Source: a virus
Taxonomy: Duplodnaviria; Heunggongvirae; Uroviricota; Caudoviricetes
IMG/VR virus record: IMGVR_UViG_3300032245_001714
DNA length: 64,000 nt
Strand: one strand, 5' to 3'
Each line of letters starts with the position of its first letter. Within the stretch, counting starts at the first letter, position 1. The notes under the pieces were generated by a model that saw nothing but the letters and a program-made list of their open reading frames with translations, was not told the DNA's origin and did not search any database. Shown here one piece after another: positions 27,453-37,245 of the stretch. Both the position numbers and the translations under genes were made by a program.

Positions 27453-28253
27453 ATGACAAAAATTAAGAGTTTTTTAGATTTTAGATTGGACGAGGTTTCA
27501 ATGGCAATAGCTGATCCATCCACGGCAGGCGATCGTTTTGCTGAGATTCTTGCAAACACCAAGAACGTTAAAGAATCTCCAGTTGGATCTAATTCAGGAC
27601 CAGAAGTTAATAGCTATCTAAAAAGTGTAGGACTAGGTCCCGGCGAACAATGGTGTGCAGCCTACGTTTATGCTATGTTCGATGAACTTTCTAAAAGACT
27701 TGGAGTTCCAAACACCCTTATTAAAACCGGACATTGTCTAACCCACTGGAAATCTGCAGATCCTAGTTTAAAGATCAACATAGCAGATGCAAGGAAGGAC
27801 ATGAACCAAGTTAAACCCGGAATGGTATTTATGATGAAAAGAGGCGGAGGAGATAAAGGACACACCGGAATAGTTGTTTCTGTAGATCCATCTTCAAAAA
27901 CATTTACTTCAATTGAGGGAAATACCAACGATCAGAAATCAGGAGAAGGAGATAGAGTTGGTGTCAATAAAAGAAGTTTTTCTCAGACAAACCTATTAGG
28001 ATTTATAGATTATTTTAAAGGAAGAAGAACACCGGAATTTGATTCCGATATCTCTAAAGCTCTAGGAACTGTTGCTCCTTATATGGAAACGGAACCTGTT
28101 ATTAAACCACAATATGAAACTCCTGGTGAAGCTGTTGCAGGTAAAGAACCTCCGGCAACAATAGCAGGAAAGATATTAGGTGGACTGGCAAAATCTCTTG
28201 GTTACAGCACAGTAACTTCTGATAGCGCTTCTAAATTTTTGGGAGGTAATTAA
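27453..28253 (+). CDS. CHAP-domain peptidoglycan hydrolase carrying the N-terminal tag
   Basis: Catalytic Cys in GEQWCAAYVYAMF and His in DKGHTGIVVSVD; N-terminus MTKIKSFLDFRLDE. Confidence 0.65.
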   Translation: MTKIKSFLDFRLDEVSMAIADPSTAGDRFAEILANTKNVKESPVGSNSGPEVNSYLKSVGLGPGEQWCAAYVYAMFDELSKRLGVPNTLIKTGHCLTHWKSADPSLKINIADARKDMNQVKPGMVFMMKRGGGDKGHTGIVVSVDPSSKTFTSIEGNTNDQKSGEGDRVGVNKRSFSQTNLLGFIDYFKGRRTPEFDSDISKALGTVAPYMETEPVIKPQYETPGEAVAGKEPPATIAGKILGGLAKSLGYSTVTSDSASKFLGGN

Positions 28254-28958
28254 ATGAAACACATAAAAGAATATCAAGAATTTACTCAAGAATATGTTCT
28301 CAATGAGGGCCTTGGTGATATATGGGGTAGATTCGTATCCTTCATAAAAAGAGTTTTTTCTAGTGATAAACCAAAGGTTACAAAAGCACCAACCCCTCCA
28401 CCCCCACAATTAGTTGGACCTCATATGCTTTATCTTCCACATCAGCAGGGACCTAGCGGGGCAGCTAAAATTGTTAAGATTGCTAAGGGTAAAGAAAAAT
28501 TAGATCCAGGATTGAGAGCAAGAATGATTGCAAATCTACCTTCGTCCGATCTTTCTTATAATAAGGTTAAAACCGGAAAGGATAAAGAAGCTGTTTTAGC
28601 TTTTTTGGATTACCAACAAAGAACTTGGAATTCTTATAAAAAAGAAGCACTGAGTAAAATAAATCTACCGGACAACTCTAAAGCTAGAAAGGCTATCGAA
28701 AAAATACCAAACCCTAAGCTGAGTAAAGATTTTCTAACAACGGTTGCTTTCAAAGAGTCTAGGTTTGATCCTAATCCTAAATCCAATAAATCTTATACTG
28801 GTCTTTTTCAGATAGGTAAAGAGGCTTGGTCGCAACTTAAGAAAATAAACCCTTCTGTTTACAAAGGACCAAACCCTCCGTTAAATCCTTTTTTAAATGC
28901 TAGAGCTGGACACGACTACTTAGTTTGGTCGTACAATCAGTTTGAGAAGTCTATTTAA
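28254..28958 (+). CDS. lytic transglycosylase (SLT-like) protein carrying the N-terminal tag
   Basis: AFKESRFDPNPKSNKSYTGLFQIG; N-terminus MKHIKEYQEF. Confidence 0.6.
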   Translation: MKHIKEYQEFTQEYVLNEGLGDIWGRFVSFIKRVFSSDKPKVTKAPTPPPPQLVGPHMLYLPHQQGPSGAAKIVKIAKGKEKLDPGLRARMIANLPSSDLSYNKVKTGKDKEAVLAFLDYQQRTWNSYKKEALSKINLPDNSKARKAIEKIPNPKLSKDFLTTVAFKESRFDPNPKSNKSYTGLFQIGKEAWSQLKKINPSVYKGPNPPLNPFLNARAGHDYLVWSYNQFEKSI

Positions 28959-29047
28959 TCTATCAGAATCCCATTTTTCCACTGTATCCAGTTTAAAAAG
29001 TTTTTAGACATAAAAGATGGATACTTTTCCTATATGTTTGGTATAAA

Positions 29048-29659
29048 GTGTATCAAATAAAAATAATGTCAGAAGGAAAAAAATCCCAGTTAGTTTCAAT
29101 CATAGGTGCTCCGTCTTCAGGGAAGAGCACACTAGCAGCATCAGTTCATCATGGATTAAAAATCAGAAAGAAGAACTCGATATTCGTGGGAGAAGCAGCC
29201 ACCGACTACATAGCAGAATGGGGAGTTCCTGATAGTCCTACTGATCAGTTGGTGATCTTTTATAAACAACTCGGAAGGGAAAGAATGTATGTTGGATCAA
29301 AAGAATGGATTATCTGCGATTCGAGTTCTATCCTTAATTATTTTTACTTTAGATCTCTCTTTAGAGATAATTTATCGCTAAAGGACATAGCAACAATAAA
29401 CCATGTTCAGAAGGAGATATTGAAATCAATAAACCAATGGCATAAGATATATTACGTTCCTCCTGTTTTAGAAGATGAAGAGAACGATGGAATAAGATTT
29501 CATAATAAGAAGGAGATAATTAAACTAGATAACATTATTAAAAACTATCTTGATCTTGAATGTATTCCATATACAGATCTTTCAGATATTCCACTAGACG
29601 AAAGAAGTGATTTTGTATTAAGTGATCTAATTAAATCTAAGAAGGTCGAGAGTAATTAA
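29048..29659 (+). CDS. P-loop NTPase/kinase, AAA_28 (NadR C-terminal domain-like)
   Basis: Walker A motif IIGAPSSGKSTLA. Confidence 0.5.
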   Translation: MYQIKIMSEGKKSQLVSIIGAPSSGKSTLAASVHHGLKIRKKNSIFVGEAATDYIAEWGVPDSPTDQLVIFYKQLGRERMYVGSKEWIICDSSSILNYFYFRSLFRDNLSLKDIATINHVQKEILKSINQWHKIYYVPPVLEDEENDGIRFHNKKEIIKLDNIIKNYLDLECIPYTDLSDIPLDERSDFVLSDLIKSKKVESN

Positions 29660-30068
29660 CATCAGGAATTGCGTCTAAGAAAGGAGCCATTCTTTTCAGA
29701 AGTACCCTTGTATCAGTTTCCTTAACAGTTATAAACCATTTAGGAGTTTTTCCAGTTTTATCATTTAACGCCAGAGAATAATTTTTCATACCCAACACTC
29801 TGGATAGAATTTCCTGATTCATGTCTATTCTATGGGCAGTATAATCAGATCCATCTTTTAAAACTATATAGAAATCCTGGTATAGAGAAGCCATGTTAGC
29901 ACCGTAGGTTGTCTTTGTCATCCATTTAATACGGGATAAGTACATAAAGGGTGGTCTGCCATTTAGCGGCTTACCCTTGATAAAAACCAAGCCCCCATCT
30001 ACCCAGTCCGGTCCGGAATAGCCCTCGTTAATCTCAGTCCATTTTTCAAAATTTAGAAGGTTGATCAT
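29637..30068 (-). CDS. hypothetical protein (143 aa), tag-like N-terminus MINLLNFEKWTEINEG
   Basis: GGGATATATAAGAC lies 5' of the ATG. Confidence 0.5.
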   Translation of the reverse strand: MINLLNFEKWTEINEGYSGPDWVDGGLVFIKGKPLNGRPPFMYLSRIKWMTKTTYGANMASLYQDFYIVLKDGSDYTAHRIDMNQEILSRVLGMKNYSLALNDKTGKTPKWFITVKETDTRVLLKRMAPFLDAIPDVNYSRPS

Positions 30069-30128
30069 GTCTTATATATCCCTTTTTTGTTAAATCCGGG
30101 ATATATATGGTAAAATAACCAAACAAAC

Positions 30129-30386
30129 ATGAAAAAGTTCTTTTCTGACTTAATGTCCGGATCTAGCGATACTTCTAGCAAGAGATTTGCTGCTTTATTC
30201 GCTCTTTTTAACATTATAGCCATAACTTGGGTTGCTACTATTAAAGATGAAAACCACATAACCCCTGAATTTATGTTCGATTCTCTAGCCCTTATAGCTG
30301 GTGGAGGACTAGGGTTAACTGTTATAGAAAAAATATTTACCGCTAAACAGGCGGCTAAAAAGGAAGAAGATCCTACAAATTTATAA
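30129..30386 (+). CDS. small membrane protein (85 aa)
   Basis: Two transmembrane segments. Confidence 0.45.
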   Translation: MKKFFSDLMSGSSDTSSKRFAALFALFNIIAITWVATIKDENHITPEFMFDSLALIAGGGLGLTVIEKIFTAKQAAKKEEDPTNL

Positions 30387-30406
30387 TTTAAAAAGATAAA
30401 TAGCAT

Positions 30407-30646
30407 ATGAAAAACCTAACACCGTTCGAATCTTTTGATTCAGATTTACAAGAAAACTCCAATATGATGGAGAAAGAATACTCTGCTATGAGTGAAGGAG
30501 CAAAAAGTGCCATGAAGCAAATTTGCGAAGACGTTCTTTGCAGAGAAGCTGATGAGTATCACAATGATGCTAATGAGGCTCACACCTACGAAGGATATGT
30601 TAATGAATGCATGGGATACCTTAAAGAAATGATGGGTCAACCATGA
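30407..30646 (+). CDS. hypothetical protein (79 aa)
   Basis: ORF track entry. Confidence 0.4.
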   Translation: MKNLTPFESFDSDLQENSNMMEKEYSAMSEGAKSAMKQICEDVLCREADEYHNDANEAHTYEGYVNECMGYLKEMMGQP

Positions 30647-30695
30647 TACGCTTCATTAATAAAAATTCACGCAGATTAAAAATAAATTATAAAAA

Positions 30696-31166
30696 ATGGA
30701 TAACATTTTAGAATTCCAGTCGTTCCTTCCCGGGACTACTCCAACTCAACCAGATGCTCAACCAGCAGGAATAGAGGTTGCGCCCCCAGTGTTCGGTGAA
30801 ATAGATTTCAGCATGTCTGGAGTTTCAGATGACGCTATGAAATTAATCGCTGGTCTTATGGCTCAATCAGTTATAAACTCTGGCGAGGCTGAGAGAATAG
30901 CTAAAATGGCAGAGACCAACCCAAATTCGGCGGCTTCTTATCTTCAGCAAAAAATAGAGGGTATACTTTCAGCAGTACCTGGTACTAAAATTGAATTTAT
31001 TCAGCAAATGAAATCGCAGGGCTCAAATATAGCTAAAGCTATGGTTCAAGCTATACCTGGGACTCTTGGAACTCTTACTGATAAGCACATCGATGCAAAC
31101 GAATTAAAACAAGATCCTTCTAAAGTTTCTTTTCTTGACAGATTGGAAGGATTCTTCGCTAAATAA
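30696..31166 (+). CDS. hypothetical protein (156 aa), N-terminus MDNILEFQSF
   Basis: ORF track entry. Confidence 0.5.
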   Translation: MDNILEFQSFLPGTTPTQPDAQPAGIEVAPPVFGEIDFSMSGVSDDAMKLIAGLMAQSVINSGEAERIAKMAETNPNSAASYLQQKIEGILSAVPGTKIEFIQQMKSQGSNIAKAMVQAIPGTLGTLTDKHIDANELKQDPSKVSFLDRLEGFFAK

Positions 31167-31182
31167 TTTTTCTAAACCCCAC

Positions 31183-31217
31183 AAAAAAGCTCAGAATTAA
31201 TTCTGAGCTTTTTTTGT
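31183..31217. terminator. bidirectional terminator hairpin between convergent genes
   Basis: aaaaaagctcagaattaattctgagcttttttt. Confidence 0.55.
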
Positions 31218-31218
31218 T

Positions 31219-31632
31219 TTAGTAGTTTATTACGTGTACTGTTAATTTCCTTTCGTTAGCTAAATCAATCATATGCTTAGTCCCTCTGCTTTCTCCATCC
31301 CAGAAAGCTATTAACATATCAGCATACTCTGCCATGTCTTTATTCCTGAGATATCCAGCAGCTTTACCGTGTTTGTTCCAGTCAGCAGGAAATTGCTTAA
31401 CTGAAAATCCTCTGAGACTTGCATAGTGCTCTCCCATTTTATCGGCTCCTTTAGCAGTTCCGCTTACGATCTCAGCTTCTTTTACGTTTGCGAGTATTTC
31501 TTCGCACTTTGCATAAAGAAGTTGAAGATCTGAAAAACCTCTACTGCCTGCTATGATTACTTTCATCTTTATTAATTTACTGGCTTGTATAAAACTGGAG
31601 ATGTTCCATAAACTGGTAATTTCCCGTCCCAT
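31219..31632 (-). CDS. SLOG/DprA-like Rossmann-fold protein (DUF2493-like)
   Basis: VIIAGSRGFSD...IVSGTAKGADK...AFWDGESRGT pattern. Confidence 0.45.
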   Translation of the reverse strand: MGREITSLWNISSFIQASKLIKMKVIIAGSRGFSDLQLLYAKCEEILANVKEAEIVSGTAKGADKMGEHYASLRGFSVKQFPADWNKHGKAAGYLRNKDMAEYADMLIAFWDGESRGTKHMIDLANERKLTVHVINY

Positions 31633-32414
31633 TTATTGATCCACTCAAGTTGCAATAGCATTGGTGTAATGGTTTGTTGTTTTAGTCTATTCGCTTCAGC
31701 TTCAGCTTTTGCAGCGGTTAACATTGCTTCAGCTTTACCTTGAGCCTGTGCAACCTGTATCTTAGCCTGAGCTTCTGCTGTTTTAACTTGATTCTCTGCA
31801 GTAAGTGCAGTCTGAACTGCATTGTTCTTAGCCTCAATAGCTTTCTTAAAAGTTTCAGGATACCCTAAATTGGAGGTCAGCTGGCTAATTATAAATCCCT
31901 CTTTAAGAAGATTTGCATCTAATGTTGATCTAACTTTTGTTTCAAATTCTTGACGGTTAGAAATCAATTCTTCGGCAGTGTAAGCATTTGCTGTCATACG
32001 GAATGCGTCATAGATAGTTGTCTTTAAGAATCCCTCTTCTATTGACTCTAAAGTTCTACGATACTTCCCAAAGATGAAAGGTACCTTATCCCTTTGTACT
32101 GAATAGTTAATAATCGGGGATACGTGAAATTCGCTACCGTCTTTCGAGTTAACCACAAAAGAATTATCGATATCTTCTGTTTTTGTGTATTCCTTGTGTT
32201 GAATAAAGGTTGGGAATTCGTAGATTTTTGTTGAGATTGGGTTATAAAATACCCATCCTGTACACTCGGTGACGTCACCTACTCCTTTACCTGTTCCATA
32301 AAGATTAACTCTTACTCCGACATGTCCAGCGTCAATTCGCTCACATGAGTTGAATAAAAAAGTCATTAAAAAGATTCCGAGGATTACTCCTAATACTAAT
32401 TTTACTTTGTTCAT
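31572..32414 (-). CDS. SPFH/band-7 (prohibitin/HflC-like) lipoprotein
   Basis: A signal peptide with a Cys in FNSC, the SPFH core, and an Ala/Gln-rich coiled coil AEAQAKIQVAQAQGKAEA. Confidence 0.65.
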   Translation of the reverse strand: MNKVKLVLGVILGIFLMTFLFNSCERIDAGHVGVRVNLYGTGKGVGDVTECTGWVFYNPISTKIYEFPTFIQHKEYTKTEDIDNSFVVNSKDGSEFHVSPIINYSVQRDKVPFIFGKYRRTLESIEEGFLKTTIYDAFRMTANAYTAEELISNRQEFETKVRSTLDANLLKEGFIISQLTSNLGYPETFKKAIEAKNNAVQTALTAENQVKTAEAQAKIQVAQAQGKAEAMLTAAKAEAEANRLKQQTITPMLLQLEWINKWDGKLPVYGTSPVLYKPVN

Positions 32415-32433
32415 ATTTACTTGTTTTTAATTT

Positions 32434-32658
32434 TTACTTGTTTTTAATTTTTTCTTCTTTTATTGTTTTTACTATTTTGTGTAATTCTTTACCTATTTGG
32501 TATCCCCCAGCAAACCCCAAAACACCGATTATAAAAAGTCCGATAAAGAAAGTGTAATCGTCGCTGGTATTCATTAGCTTGAATCCTAATTCAATTAGCT
32601 CTATTATAGCTACTGTAACTATGAATATGATTAAGAAAGATTTTAATTTTGGCCCCAT
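32434..32658 (-). CDS. small two-TM membrane protein (74 aa)
   Basis: Hydrophobicity only. Confidence 0.4.
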   Translation of the reverse strand: MGPKLKSFLIIFIVTVAIIELIELGFKLMNTSDDYTFFIGLFIIGVLGFAGGYQIGKELHKIVKTIKEEKIKNK

Positions 32659-32667
32659 ATTGATTTT

Positions 32668-33174
32668 TTAATTGTTTGAAATGTTATTATTTTTAATTCC
32701 TAAGTATTCTAAAATTGATTCCCATCCGGGGAATTTCTCTGTTGCAAAATGCAGATGTTCTCCTTCGAAGTCTGCTACTCCGTTAGCAATCCGATCGTCT
32801 ATAAGATAATCACCTTTAACTAGACCTTTATTGTGACACAGTATTAATTTCTTTTTTGCAGAATCCCCAAGATACTTCTGAACCCATATTCTCTTTTCTG
32901 ACCATCCTTCAGGATTGCTCCAGGGTGGTGTACTTAAAATATAAGTCTCATACTTATCCTGTAGAGCAGCCCATGCATCAATAGCTCCTTCTATAGGTTC
33001 AAGATCCTTATAAGCATCGGGGTGTTTAAACAGACTGCTACCTTTTATCCCCTGAGCTTCTAATTCTTTAGCCCTCTTATCAAAGTCGCAGATAACCCCA
33101 TCCATGTCTATTAGAACAATAGGTTTTGTGATTTTGATGCTTCCTCTTAACCAGGGTTTTGATTCGCTGCTCAT
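32668..33174 (-). CDS. HAD-family 5'(3')-deoxyribonucleotidase-like protein
   Basis: Motif I DMDGVICDF. Confidence 0.6.
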   Translation of the reverse strand: MSSESKPWLRGSIKITKPIVLIDMDGVICDFDKRAKELEAQGIKGSSLFKHPDAYKDLEPIEGAIDAWAALQDKYETYILSTPPWSNPEGWSEKRIWVQKYLGDSAKKKLILCHNKGLVKGDYLIDDRIANGVADFEGEHLHFATEKFPGWESILEYLGIKNNNISNN

Positions 33175-33196
33175 AATTTTCTTTATCTTTGATTTG

Positions 33197-33721
33197 CTAT
33201 TTTTTCCAATCTATTTTAGGACAGTATTTATTATATTTTGATTTAATAAATTCTTTTATTATACTTGGAGATTTTTCTTCCACCGGCCTCCATATTCTGC
33301 GGCCATTCTCGTCATATTTTATTTTAGACTCTTTGTATTTTTCTTTTATCCATAATATTCCCTGATATGCAACAAGAACGACTGCAACTAACCAAAGAAC
33401 AACCCCTAAAATTTGCATTTGTTGTAAAAATGAATCTTTAGGAAAAACAGTCCAAAAAAGGGAGAATGAAAAAAGCATTGCTGCAACCATACCTAGTGCT
33501 ACCCAAATCATCAATCCGGATCCTGGTTTTTCCGCAACTGAATTCCCCTTATCTTTTTTATAAGCAATTAAATACGGAAGGGACAATATCACATAGGGAA
33601 CTATTAAGATCCACATTAAAACAAGTTTCCAGAAATATGGACACAGATTTTGTGGCATCTGGTCTGTTGCATAAAACCATCTATATGTCTTGGAGATCGG
33701 TGAGTTGAAATTTAGCTTCAT
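33197..33721 (-). CDS. multi-TM membrane protein (174 aa)
   Basis: ORF track entry. Confidence 0.5.
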   Translation of the reverse strand: MKLNFNSPISKTYRWFYATDQMPQNLCPYFWKLVLMWILIVPYVILSLPYLIAYKKDKGNSVAEKPGSGLMIWVALGMVAAMLFSFSLFWTVFPKDSFLQQMQILGVVLWLVAVVLVAYQGILWIKEKYKESKIKYDENGRRIWRPVEEKSPSIIKEFIKSKYNKYCPKIDWKK

Positions 33722-33773
33722 CTTTTAATTTATTGTTTTATTGTTTTTTTATCTTGTGTTTCGATCTAATATT

Positions 33774-34349
33774 TTATACCTCAGGTTTTTGGTTTTCAAG
33801 TCTATCCAATTCCTCCCTAAGTGTTTCTGATAAGTATCCTTTGTGGTATTTTGTATTGGGATCCAGAGCTTTAATCTTACTTGCTAAATCCTCTCTTATT
33901 CCGTTGTTATAGAACTTCTCTTCAATCGAATCAGCTAAATCTTGCATCTGTTCTGTTCCCGCAATTGATATTCTTAAGTCATACCACTCCCATTTTGTTT
34001 TATAATCCCAAAGCATCACACCTTTAGTTATTTTACGCTTTAAATTGCTCAAGCTTCTATTTCTAACTCGAACGATTGAATTATCATCACCAAATAAATG
34101 CAGGAATCTTAGAAACCATCTTGGACACCACCAGGGCTTGGCCTTGTTGTCCATAAATATTACCAAGGGTTCCATAGCTTTAAATATTTTTCCACTTTCC
34201 CGATAAGGAACACTTCCAAGATATCTGTACTTCTCACAAAAATTCTTGGGAAAAAACACGGCTCGAACATCATCCAATATGATATCCCTGGTGTGAATAT
34301 ACTTGTACTTCTTACCCTTAAATAATATCATAAACCTTATTTTTAACAA
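33774..34349 (-). CDS. hypothetical protein (191 aa)
   Basis: ORF track entry. Confidence 0.5.
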   Translation of the reverse strand: MLKIRFMILFKGKKYKYIHTRDIILDDVRAVFFPKNFCEKYRYLGSVPYRESGKIFKAMEPLVIFMDNKAKPWWCPRWFLRFLHLFGDDNSIVRVRNRSLSNLKRKITKGVMLWDYKTKWEWYDLRISIAGTEQMQDLADSIEEKFYNNGIREDLASKIKALDPNTKYHKGYLSETLREELDRLENQKPEV

Positions 34350-34395
34350 AGGTAATGATTATTTACGAAATAAAAAAAATTTTAAGTGGATTTTT

Positions 34396-34998
34396 TTACA
34401 CTCTCCAGGCTTTGTAGTGTAACTCTATCTTATCTGTTGGGTAAACTATAATCTCCTCTGATTCGTCCCCTATCTCATAGAGATTTGCAAAACATTTAAC
34501 TTTTTTAACGTTTGTTGAGAATACAACTTTAATATCACCTTCTCTTTCCTCCGCATAGCTTTGAGCTATGAACGGGTCTAGACTCCAAGAGGTGTAGTCG
34601 TTAAATTGGTAGTTTATTTTTTCCCTAGCAATGGAAGCTGGGAAGTGTGTAGTTTCTTTTCTTTCGCCTAATACCCCGTCCCAGAATTTGTATTTTGGAT
34701 CTTTCTTTGATATTGATATCCCTCTGTAGATCGGAAAGTCCGAATCCTGTACGGTTTCCACGTTCGGCCATTTTTTCTTTATGACGGATTTCATTTTTTC
34801 AACTCTTGAATCCTGCATGTATTTGAAAATATCAAGAATTAGAGGGTCTTTAAATCTATTACGCTTAAATCTGTCTAGAAGATCTCCCGGTCTAAGAATT
34901 ATTCTTTCATTTCCTTCTGTTATGAACATGGAAAAATGAATCGTCGAGGAATCATTTTCTTCAACAATCCATTCGTCATATTTTTTAAGAAATTTCAT
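34396..34998 (-). CDS. hypothetical protein (200 aa), N-terminus MKFLKKYDEWIVEE
   Basis: AATATATAAGAT lies 5' of the ATG. Confidence 0.5.
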   Translation of the reverse strand: MKFLKKYDEWIVEENDSSTIHFSMFITEGNERIILRPGDLLDRFKRNRFKDPLILDIFKYMQDSRVEKMKSVIKKKWPNVETVQDSDFPIYRGISISKKDPKYKFWDGVLGERKETTHFPASIAREKINYQFNDYTSWSLDPFIAQSYAEEREGDIKVVFSTNVKKVKCFANLYEIGDESEEIIVYPTDKIELHYKAWRV

Positions 34999-35008
34999 AT
35001 CTTATATA

Positions 35009-35395
35009 TTAGGAATACTTCATTATTTTCTTAGCCTTTATAAATTTAGGATCTATTTCTCCGTCTAATGTGAATGTTAGTGTTCCCACTCCCTGAAATC
35101 CTGCTCCGAAACTCCATTCCACATCAGTTCCTATCATTTCGCTTAAAAGCTCTTTTAGATCGTCAATGTAATATGAGATTCTTTGGGGTATAAATTCTCC
35201 CATCGGACTATATCTTATGAAGAATTGGTCGAAATCGACACATTCCATTTCATCTAGATTCATACCTCTACCTCTTAGGAATCTATACACAAAATCATTA
35301 GTTTCTCTGTCTGCTATAAATTCCTCTAACATCTCTTTTTGAATTTCCTCCGGAGACGCATCTTCAAAATCCTCGTATATCTTTATTGCTTTCAA
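35009..35395 (-). CDS. hypothetical protein (128 aa), N-terminus MKAIKIYEDFED
   Basis: ORF track entry. Confidence 0.5.
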   Translation of the reverse strand: MKAIKIYEDFEDASPEEIQKEMLEEFIADRETNDFVYRFLRGRGMNLDEMECVDFDQFFIRYSPMGEFIPQRISYYIDDLKELLSEMIGTDVEWSFGAGFQGVGTLTFTLDGEIDPKFIKAKKIMKYS

Positions 35396-35403
35396 TCTAA
35401 AAA

Positions 35404-36279
35404 TTAGTTATATTTTAATATCTTATTGAGCTTCTGCATTTTCTTTAGCCCGATAATGAAATCTGAAGGATATGACTCCGACTCTGCTTTTTCTATAACA
35501 TCATCTGCTAAATCCTCAGGAACACTTTTAAATGTTGAGAATAGACTTGGCGTCTCCTCGTAGATGTCAAGAATAATTTGGCTTATTGAGATGTCTTTGC
35601 TCTCAACCTCACCTGTTTCAAAAAAACTAACCACTGATTTTTGATATAGATCCTTTATGCTCTCTTTTATTTTAGAATTAAGCTCAAGCGGAATGTTTTT
35701 TTCCTCTTCTTTCTCTTTTAGGTATATGATCTTAACGTCGCACAATTCTTTTACTATATCAGAAATCCCGTTTTCAAAAATATCAATAAACTGATCTTCA
35801 GACTCACAATTGTATTCTATTACCATTTCTTTGGGTCTTTCCGATCTTTTTCCGCCGTATCCAGGCCAAAGAGTGGATTTAGAATCTAGATAAGTTCTGT
35901 ATTTTGTGCTCCACGTGGAGTCCAATTCATAAGAACCTATTTTTAAATCGGTGTTTTGATTAAATATGAAATATATTAAATTACCATAATCCTTAGAATC
36001 AGAGTTAAACCAATCGGGTGAAATATTATATCTCTCTTCACTCAATGATTCTACCAATGATGCTAACCCTTTTGCTTTCACCTTAATCTTTACACCATTC
36101 AGTAAACCTTTTGCTTTAGAGTGCGTCTTGATAGCAAACATTTCATAAGCAATACCCTTTCTTAGTAAGCCAAATGTCTGTTCTAGTACGGATACGAATT
36201 CATCAGTAACTATAAACCCTCCCTCGTTAGGGACTTCGTTTTCGTTGATAAAGTTTTTGAATTTTAATAGCTGGGACAT
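35404..36279 (-). CDS. hypothetical protein (291 aa), N-terminus MSQLLKFKNFINENE
   Basis: GGATATATAGATAAA lies upstream. Confidence 0.5.
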   Translation of the reverse strand: MSQLLKFKNFINENEVPNEGGFIVTDEFVSVLEQTFGLLRKGIAYEMFAIKTHSKAKGLLNGVKIKVKAKGLASLVESLSEERYNISPDWFNSDSKDYGNLIYFIFNQNTDLKIGSYELDSTWSTKYRTYLDSKSTLWPGYGGKRSERPKEMVIEYNCESEDQFIDIFENGISDIVKELCDVKIIYLKEKEEEKNIPLELNSKIKESIKDLYQKSVVSFFETGEVESKDISISQIILDIYEETPSLFSTFKSVPEDLADDVIEKAESESYPSDFIIGLKKMQKLNKILKYN

Positions 36280-36314
36280 TGATAAAAACCTAAGATTTTA
36301 TCTATATATCCTTT

Positions 36315-36773
36315 CTAATCTTCCTGCGGACCAGTAACGCCCGGTTCTGCGAGTTTTGATGTTTTTTCGTCAGGAACGGTGGTTTCCACACGATTTTTAG
36401 TAGAAACGAGCTTTTTATATAGGCATTCTATCTCCTCAATTGAAAGATTGCTTTTCTTACCATTTATATCAACAGTGCAAGCTACGACGTTTCCGTCAAT
36501 ATACCCTTTAGAAGAATCTATGCGGTCAAAGCTTCTAGCGTAGTTTCCTTCCTCCTCAAATTTTCGGTTTGTGTAATAGCAAGTTGGGTAGGATAGAAGT
36601 TTTCTAACAGTTTCTAACGTGAGGTTAAATTCGAGTTTTCTGTCTACTGCACTCTGATATATTTTTAGCATTTTTTTAGCTATCTCCAGATCGCTAACCT
36701 CTACGAGTGATTTTTCCTTTTGTGTTTCTTTCGGAGTCTTAATTCCTTTCCTCTTAACGTTTTTTCTTTCCAT
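36315..36773 (-). CDS. hypothetical protein; weak HNH_3/AP2-like motif
   Basis: SFDRIDSSKGYIDGNVVACTVDIN resembles the HNH_3 core, but the histidines are absent. Confidence 0.4.
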   Translation of the reverse strand: MERKNVKRKGIKTPKETQKEKSLVEVSDLEIAKKMLKIYQSAVDRKLEFNLTLETVRKLLSYPTCYYTNRKFEEEGNYARSFDRIDSSKGYIDGNVVACTVDINGKKSNLSIEEIECLYKKLVSTKNRVETTVPDEKTSKLAEPGVTGPQED

Positions 36774-36783
36774 ATATACTTTT

Positions 36784-37245
36784 ATGATTAGATTTATAGT
36801 TTTATTTTTTGTTTTTATTCCGTCTATAGCTTATTCCCAGATAAAAATAGACAAGGGAGGCAATTTTTGGGATCTTAGAGTTTCTGAGGCACTCCAGAAA
36901 ATCAAATCCATAGACAGCAACTACTATAAAACTGTAAATGATTACTGTCAGGAGATCTCATTTTGGAACGGACCATACTCAACAAACTCTGGTGATTCTC
37001 TAATAAGAGGAACCATCATAATTTCGGCCAAAGACATGAACATTGAAGACTTGGATAACATCTGTGCTGTGATAGTTCACGAGTCTCTCCATCTTAAACT
37101 TAGATCTTTAAGGATGTCATGTAGTGAGAATGAAGAGGAAGTCTTTTGTTATCAGTACGAAAGAGATTTTCTTCTTAAAGTTCCAGGGGTTAAAAGCTAT
37201 CTAATCAGACACGCTGAACTCCAGATTAAATACAGGTCTAATTAA
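36784..37245 (+). CDS. secreted small protein with an HExxH motif (153 aa)
   Basis: Signal peptide MIRFIVLFFVFIPSIAYS; VIVHESLHLK. Confidence 0.45.
   Translation: MIRFIVLFFVFIPSIAYSQIKIDKGGNFWDLRVSEALQKIKSIDSNYYKTVNDYCQEISFWNGPYSTNSGDSLIRGTIIISAKDMNIEDLDNICAVIVHESLHLKLRSLRMSCSENEEEVFCYQYERDFLLKVPGVKSYLIRHAELQIKYRSN

Noticed and set aside
28240-28256. GGAGGT Shine-Dalgarno-like sequence 8 nt before the ATG of 28254
   Set aside because: It is an isolated occurrence inside the upstream coding sequence. Nearly all other starts lack any SD, so it was not treated as evidence of SD usage.
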